The position numbers and the translations under genes were made by a program. Positions 15,642 through 18,950 of a stretch of 18,950 bases of DNA are shown one piece after another (the stretch's first letter is position 1; each line of letters opens with the position of its first letter). The stretch is from Candidatus Hermodarchaeum yapensis. GTDB lineage: Archaea; Asgardarchaeota; Hermodarchaeia; Hermodarchaeales; Hermodarchaeaceae. The stretch spans positions 1 to 18,950 of the forward strand of contig JAEOSK010000043.1 of assembly GCA_016840405.1 (NCBI GenBank), given 5' to 3'. The notes beneath the pieces were generated by a model. That model searched no databases. It was not told the DNA's origin and saw nothing but the letters and a program-made list of their open reading frames with translations.

Positions 15642-16613
15642 ATGAGCAGAAGAAGAAGACGTGGAGATGGAATGTCCATCGCAGAAGTGCGAACCCATGC
15701 CTCAGCAATTTTGGATGAGGTGGGTAAGCTTATCGTTGGCAAAAGGATTACTCTCCAGAATATACTGATTGGACTACTCGCGGAAGGACATATTCTCTTG
15801 GAGGGTGTGCCGGGTATAGCGAAGACCTACATGGCAAATGCCTTTGCGGCATCGATTGGTTGTGAATTTAAACGAATACAATTCACACCCGATATGCTTC
15901 CTGCGGATATTATTGGAACGAATATCTATGATCCAAATACTGGTGAATTTCGATTACGAAAAGGTCCGGTGTTTTCCAATCTCGTGTTAGCAGACGAAGT
16001 GAATCGATCTCCACCAAAGACGCAATCAGCACTTCTTGAAGCCATGCAAGAAAAGCAGGTTACTATTGAGGGATCAACCCTGCCCCTACCAGCGCCATTC
16101 ATGGTGCTGGCTACACAAAATCCCATTGAACTTGAAGGAACCTATCCCCTTCCCGAAGCTCAAGTGGATCGATTTCTATTCAAACTTCATGTTGATTATC
16201 CCTCTGAAGCAGAAGAAGTGGAAATTCTTCGTCGAAAACACCAACCAGAAGAAGCAGAAATCGGAGCTGTTGTCGACCCACCAACGCTACTTCAAATGCA
16301 GGCGACTACAAAACGTGTTTTCATCGAGCCATATATCATGTCCTATATTCGGGATATTGTTGTCCGCACTCGAAATGACCCCCAAATCTTGGTGGGTGGC
16401 TCCCCGCGGGCATCGATTGTATTACTAGAAACGGCAAAGGTTCATGCAGCCTTTAGTGGACGGGACTATGTTACACCTGATGATGTGAAAGCTCTTGCCA
16501 ACCATGCTTTGAACCACCGGTTAATTCTCAAACCTGAAGCGGAACTGGAAGGCACTTCGGTTAATGCGGTAATTGATCGGATTCTTAAACAGATAAGCGC
16601 ACCTGGAGCGTAA
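15642..16613 (+). CDS. moxR: MoxR family AAA+ ATPase
   Basis: [14 protein letters not shown] (Walker A), [69 protein letters not shown]. Start is ATG 15642 or ATG 15672. Confidence 0.96.
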   Translation: MSRRRRRGDGMSIAEVRTHASAILDEVGKLIVGKRITLQNILIGLLAEGHILLEGVPGIAKTYMANAFAASIGCEFKRIQFTPDMLPADIIGTNIYDPNTGEFRLRKGPVFSNLVLADEVNRSPPKTQSALLEAMQEKQVTIEGSTLPLPAPFMVLATQNPIELEGTYPLPEAQVDRFLFKLHVDYPSEAEEVEILRRKHQPEEAEIGAVVDPPTLLQMQATTKRVFIEPYIMSYIRDIVVRTRNDPQILVGGSPRASIVLLETAKVHAAFSGRDYVTPDDVKALANHALNHRLILKPEAELEGTSVNAVIDRILKQISAPGA

Positions 16614-16619
16614 TTATTC

Positions 16620-17942
16620 GTGTTTTCCGAACGTGGTCGAGCAATTGTCCTAATTGGCATTTTCGTCCTCGTTGCAGGCTTCGCTTTCACAAATTACGTT
16701 CTCACACTGGTAGGGATTTTCCTTATCATTGGTTCGGTAGCTAGTTCACCATTTTTTCAACTTACTATGCCCGTTGAAACCCTCGAAGTAACCCGTGAAA
16801 TTGACAAGCGAAACATCTTCCAAGACGATTTCATTCACGTAAAATTGACTGTAAAAAACACAGGCTCCCACCGGATTGATTCAGTGGATATTTTTGATGT
16901 TTACCCGGAGATTTTCCGTCTAGTACTTGGTAAGAATAGTATTCGCACTCGCATAGATCCCAAACAGGAAATCAAGTTTTCCTATATCGTTCAAGCTCCA
17001 TTACGAGGTAAATTTACCTTTGGACCTACAAAATTTCACATCTTCGACCGATTGGAATATCGTTTTGAAGAAATGTCGGGAGAGAACTATGAAGAACTTC
17101 TCATCTATCCGAATGTTCAAGAAGTGCGCATCATGGAAAGCCTGGCTAAAAAACGCCGGCTTGGCCATATGTTTGGAGTCCATAAAACACGCCAAATGAG
17201 CCTTGGAACAGATTTCACCGGTATTCGGAGATATGAGGCCGGTGATGAGTACCGTCGAATTGATTGGAAATCATCAGCACGAACGCAAAAACTAATGATG
17301 CGACAATACGAAACCGAACGAAATATTCGGATTTTTGTCATTCTCGACACAAGCCAATCTATGGGTGCAGGTCGACCGGAAAATAGCAAACTCGAATATG
17401 CAATTCGTGCCGCGTTGATGCTTTCTAAGACAGCTATGGAAAGAAAAGACCACGTAGGCATTCTTTCTTGGTCCTCAAAACAACATGCTTTCTTAAAGCC
17501 TGGACTAGGCGAAGCACACTATCATCGCTTGTTAGACCAGTTAGCAGAAATCGAAGCTGGTGGAAGCTTCGACTTAACTGCGGCAGTGAAATATCTCGCT
17601 CCGAGAGTGACGCAACAAAGCTTCTTCATAATACTCTCCGATTGCGAAGCAAATCGGAAGCAGCTTGAGAAAGGAATCAAGCTAATTCGCGGGTACAAGC
17701 ATAACGCCATTATCATTGCTCCTTTTGGTCCATGGTTTGAAATCGAAGAAATCTACTTGTCTCCCGTTGAACGCGCCATAGGAGAAGCCATCGTTCATCG
17801 ACTTCTCGAAGAGCACTCAGTTTTAGCGAAGAGCTTTCAGCGGGTGGGAGTGTCACTCATTCAAGTGGGACCTGGTGATTTTCTACCAACAGTTCTTAGT
17901 GAGTATCTCAAAGCAAAGAAGCGGAGTATTGCAGTCATTTAA
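16620..17942 (+). CDS. DUF58 / von Willebrand factor A domain protein (MoxR partner)
   Basis: Two N-terminal TM helices, an Ig-like segment, GTDFTGIRRYEAGDEYRRIDWKSSAR, MIDAS motif ILDTSQSM, IILSD. Confidence 0.92.
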   Translation: MFSERGRAIVLIGIFVLVAGFAFTNYVLTLVGIFLIIGSVASSPFFQLTMPVETLEVTREIDKRNIFQDDFIHVKLTVKNTGSHRIDSVDIFDVYPEIFRLVLGKNSIRTRIDPKQEIKFSYIVQAPLRGKFTFGPTKFHIFDRLEYRFEEMSGENYEELLIYPNVQEVRIMESLAKKRRLGHMFGVHKTRQMSLGTDFTGIRRYEAGDEYRRIDWKSSARTQKLMMRQYETERNIRIFVILDTSQSMGAGRPENSKLEYAIRAALMLSKTAMERKDHVGILSWSSKQHAFLKPGLGEAHYHRLLDQLAEIEAGGSFDLTAAVKYLAPRVTQQSFFIILSDCEANRKQLEKGIKLIRGYKHNAIIIAPFGPWFEIEEIYLSPVERAIGEAIVHRLLEEHSVLAKSFQRVGVSLIQVGPGDFLPTVLSEYLKAKKRSIAVI

Positions 17943-17970
17943 ATGAAGGTGATGAGGAGATGAATTCCAG

Positions 17971-18950
17971 GTGACGCGAAACATTCTGTGGCTGCTAAGG
18001 GGGATCGCAGTCGCCGCCTTCATCGCCTTCGCTGCAATCATTCTTTTGAGCATAAATCCGGTGGTTTGGCGTTTAGATGGATTTGCCGGTCCCTTAACAG
18101 CCCTCGTAGAATTTGCTGGTGCCCTTCGAGATGGGCTCAGTTTATTAGTTGCCTTCTTTGTTTTTGTTGCAGCATCCTTTGGAGCCCTAATTGATAATAT
18201 TGTTAGCCAACAATCTTTCGGAGTCCTTTTTGAACAATACTATGATGCCATAGCCGCATATTTTCAGGCACTTGGATTTACTTTACCTCCGCTTCCCATA
18301 GATCTAGTAATCGTAGAAGCAGTAGTTACAAGCCTTCTGCAAAGTGTATATTTTCTTGGTTTCCAGATCCTTCTCATAATCGGTTTAATAGCTGGTGTTT
18401 TGTCGTTCCTCCGAGTGAGTGGTCGTTTAGCTCTCCTTTGTTTTCTTTCTATGACAGGAATTGCAATCCTTGCCGCGGCAGGAATTCTGTTAAATCTCCC
18501 CGGTGGTGAATATGGCTATCTGCTCGCCCCTGTCAGCACGTTTCCTATGCCTTTGAATCCCACTTTATGGTTATTTTCATCAGTTTTCATTGTAGCAATT
18601 GTTAGCTTCCTTTACTTGGAAGTGTCCTATCAAGTTGTATATTTCAATTCATTACTGGAACCGCCCTCAATTCGAGAAGAGCAACTCCAACAACAACTTC
18701 AACACTTACAGACTGATGCACAACGAGAAATTCCTGTTCAAAGTCAAGATATTCCCATCCCCAAAGCGCTTCAACGAATGTTGGGCTCAGATGCCTTCCG
18801 TTTAATGCGACAGGTAATCGAACGTAAACTTTTGCGCCGTGAATGGTTGGTTGAATTAAAGGATTCACATGAAATCCGACGCCTCAACACATTTGTTTCG
18901 CGCGTATTCCGTGAAGATCCTGAAGCGGAAGCAGCGTTAACAGCTCGTGC
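17971..18950 (+). CDS. Multi-pass membrane protein of unknown function, 3' partial
   Basis: Not in the ORF track because no stop occurs in the window. The frame from GTG 17971 (GAGGAG at 17954-17959) is open to the end: MTRNILWLLRGIAVAAFIAFAAIILLSINP... with several hydrophobic helices, then a charged helical region ...YLEVSYQVVYFNSLLEPPSIREEQL...HEIRRLNTFVSRVFREDPEAEAALTAR. Confidence 0.85.
   Translation, partial: MTRNILWLLRGIAVAAFIAFAAIILLSINPVVWRLDGFAGPLTALVEFAGALRDGLSLLVAFFVFVAASFGALIDNIVSQQSFGVLFEQYYDAIAAYFQALGFTLPPLPIDLVIVEAVVTSLLQSVYFLGFQILLIIGLIAGVLSFLRVSGRLALLCFLSMTGIAILAAAGILLNLPGGEYGYLLAPVSTFPMPLNPTLWLFSSVFIVAIVSFLYLEVSYQVVYFNSLLEPPSIREEQLQQQLQHLQTDAQREIPVQSQDIPIPKALQRMLGSDAFRLMRQVIERKLLRREWLVELKDSHEIRRLNTFVSRVFREDPEAEAALTAR

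Noticed and set aside
15793-15830. Walker A reading GIAKT instead of GxGKT in MoxR
   Set aside because: GxAKT is a common variant in MoxR proteins and does not indicate inactivation.
17988-18868. Short ORFs 17988-18194, 18599-18805 and 18644-18868
   Set aside because: They lie within the long open frame from 17971 encoding a membrane protein.
1-18950. CRISPR arrays, tRNA/rRNA, IS elements, DNA tandem repeats
   Set aside because: Intergenic gaps are all under about 165 bp, and I saw no repeat-spacer pattern, cloverleaf, transposase or terminal inverted repeats by eye.

Overview
Gene-dense prokaryotic window, most likely archaeal: GAGGTG/GGAG Shine-Dalgarno motifs, many GTG/TTG starts, a SAMP/MoaD-type ubiquitin-like protein and a sequon-rich surface protein. 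An Asgard-type host is plausible but not proven. The left part (1-10.5 kb) is a mixed-orientation nitrogen/heterocycle metabolism neighbourhood. It holds a partial 4x[4Fe-4S] protein missing from the ORF track, an SsnA-like amidohydrolase, a MoaD/SAMP protein with a masked diglycine (GG-TFSF), a second purine-deaminase-like amidohydrolase, and two convergent non-canonical carbamoyltransferases of the YgeW/AOTC type. It continues with TatD, a GlmS with an altered glutamine site, a threonine-synthase-like PLP enzyme lacking the phosphate-binding residues, and a helical hypothetical protein. Together these suggest, by inference only, an archaeal variant of the anaerobic purine/ureide degradation pathway. 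The right part (10.7-18.95 kb) is a tight + strand operon: a large transglutaminase-like/Ig-repeat/DUF4129 membrane protein whose catalytic Cys is replaced by Gly, a DUF4350-like protein, a MoxR AAA+ ATPase, a DUF58/vWA protein and a partial multi-pass membrane protein also missing from the ORF track. I saw no RNA genes, CRISPR arrays or mobile elements. All family calls come from recalled motifs, not database searches.
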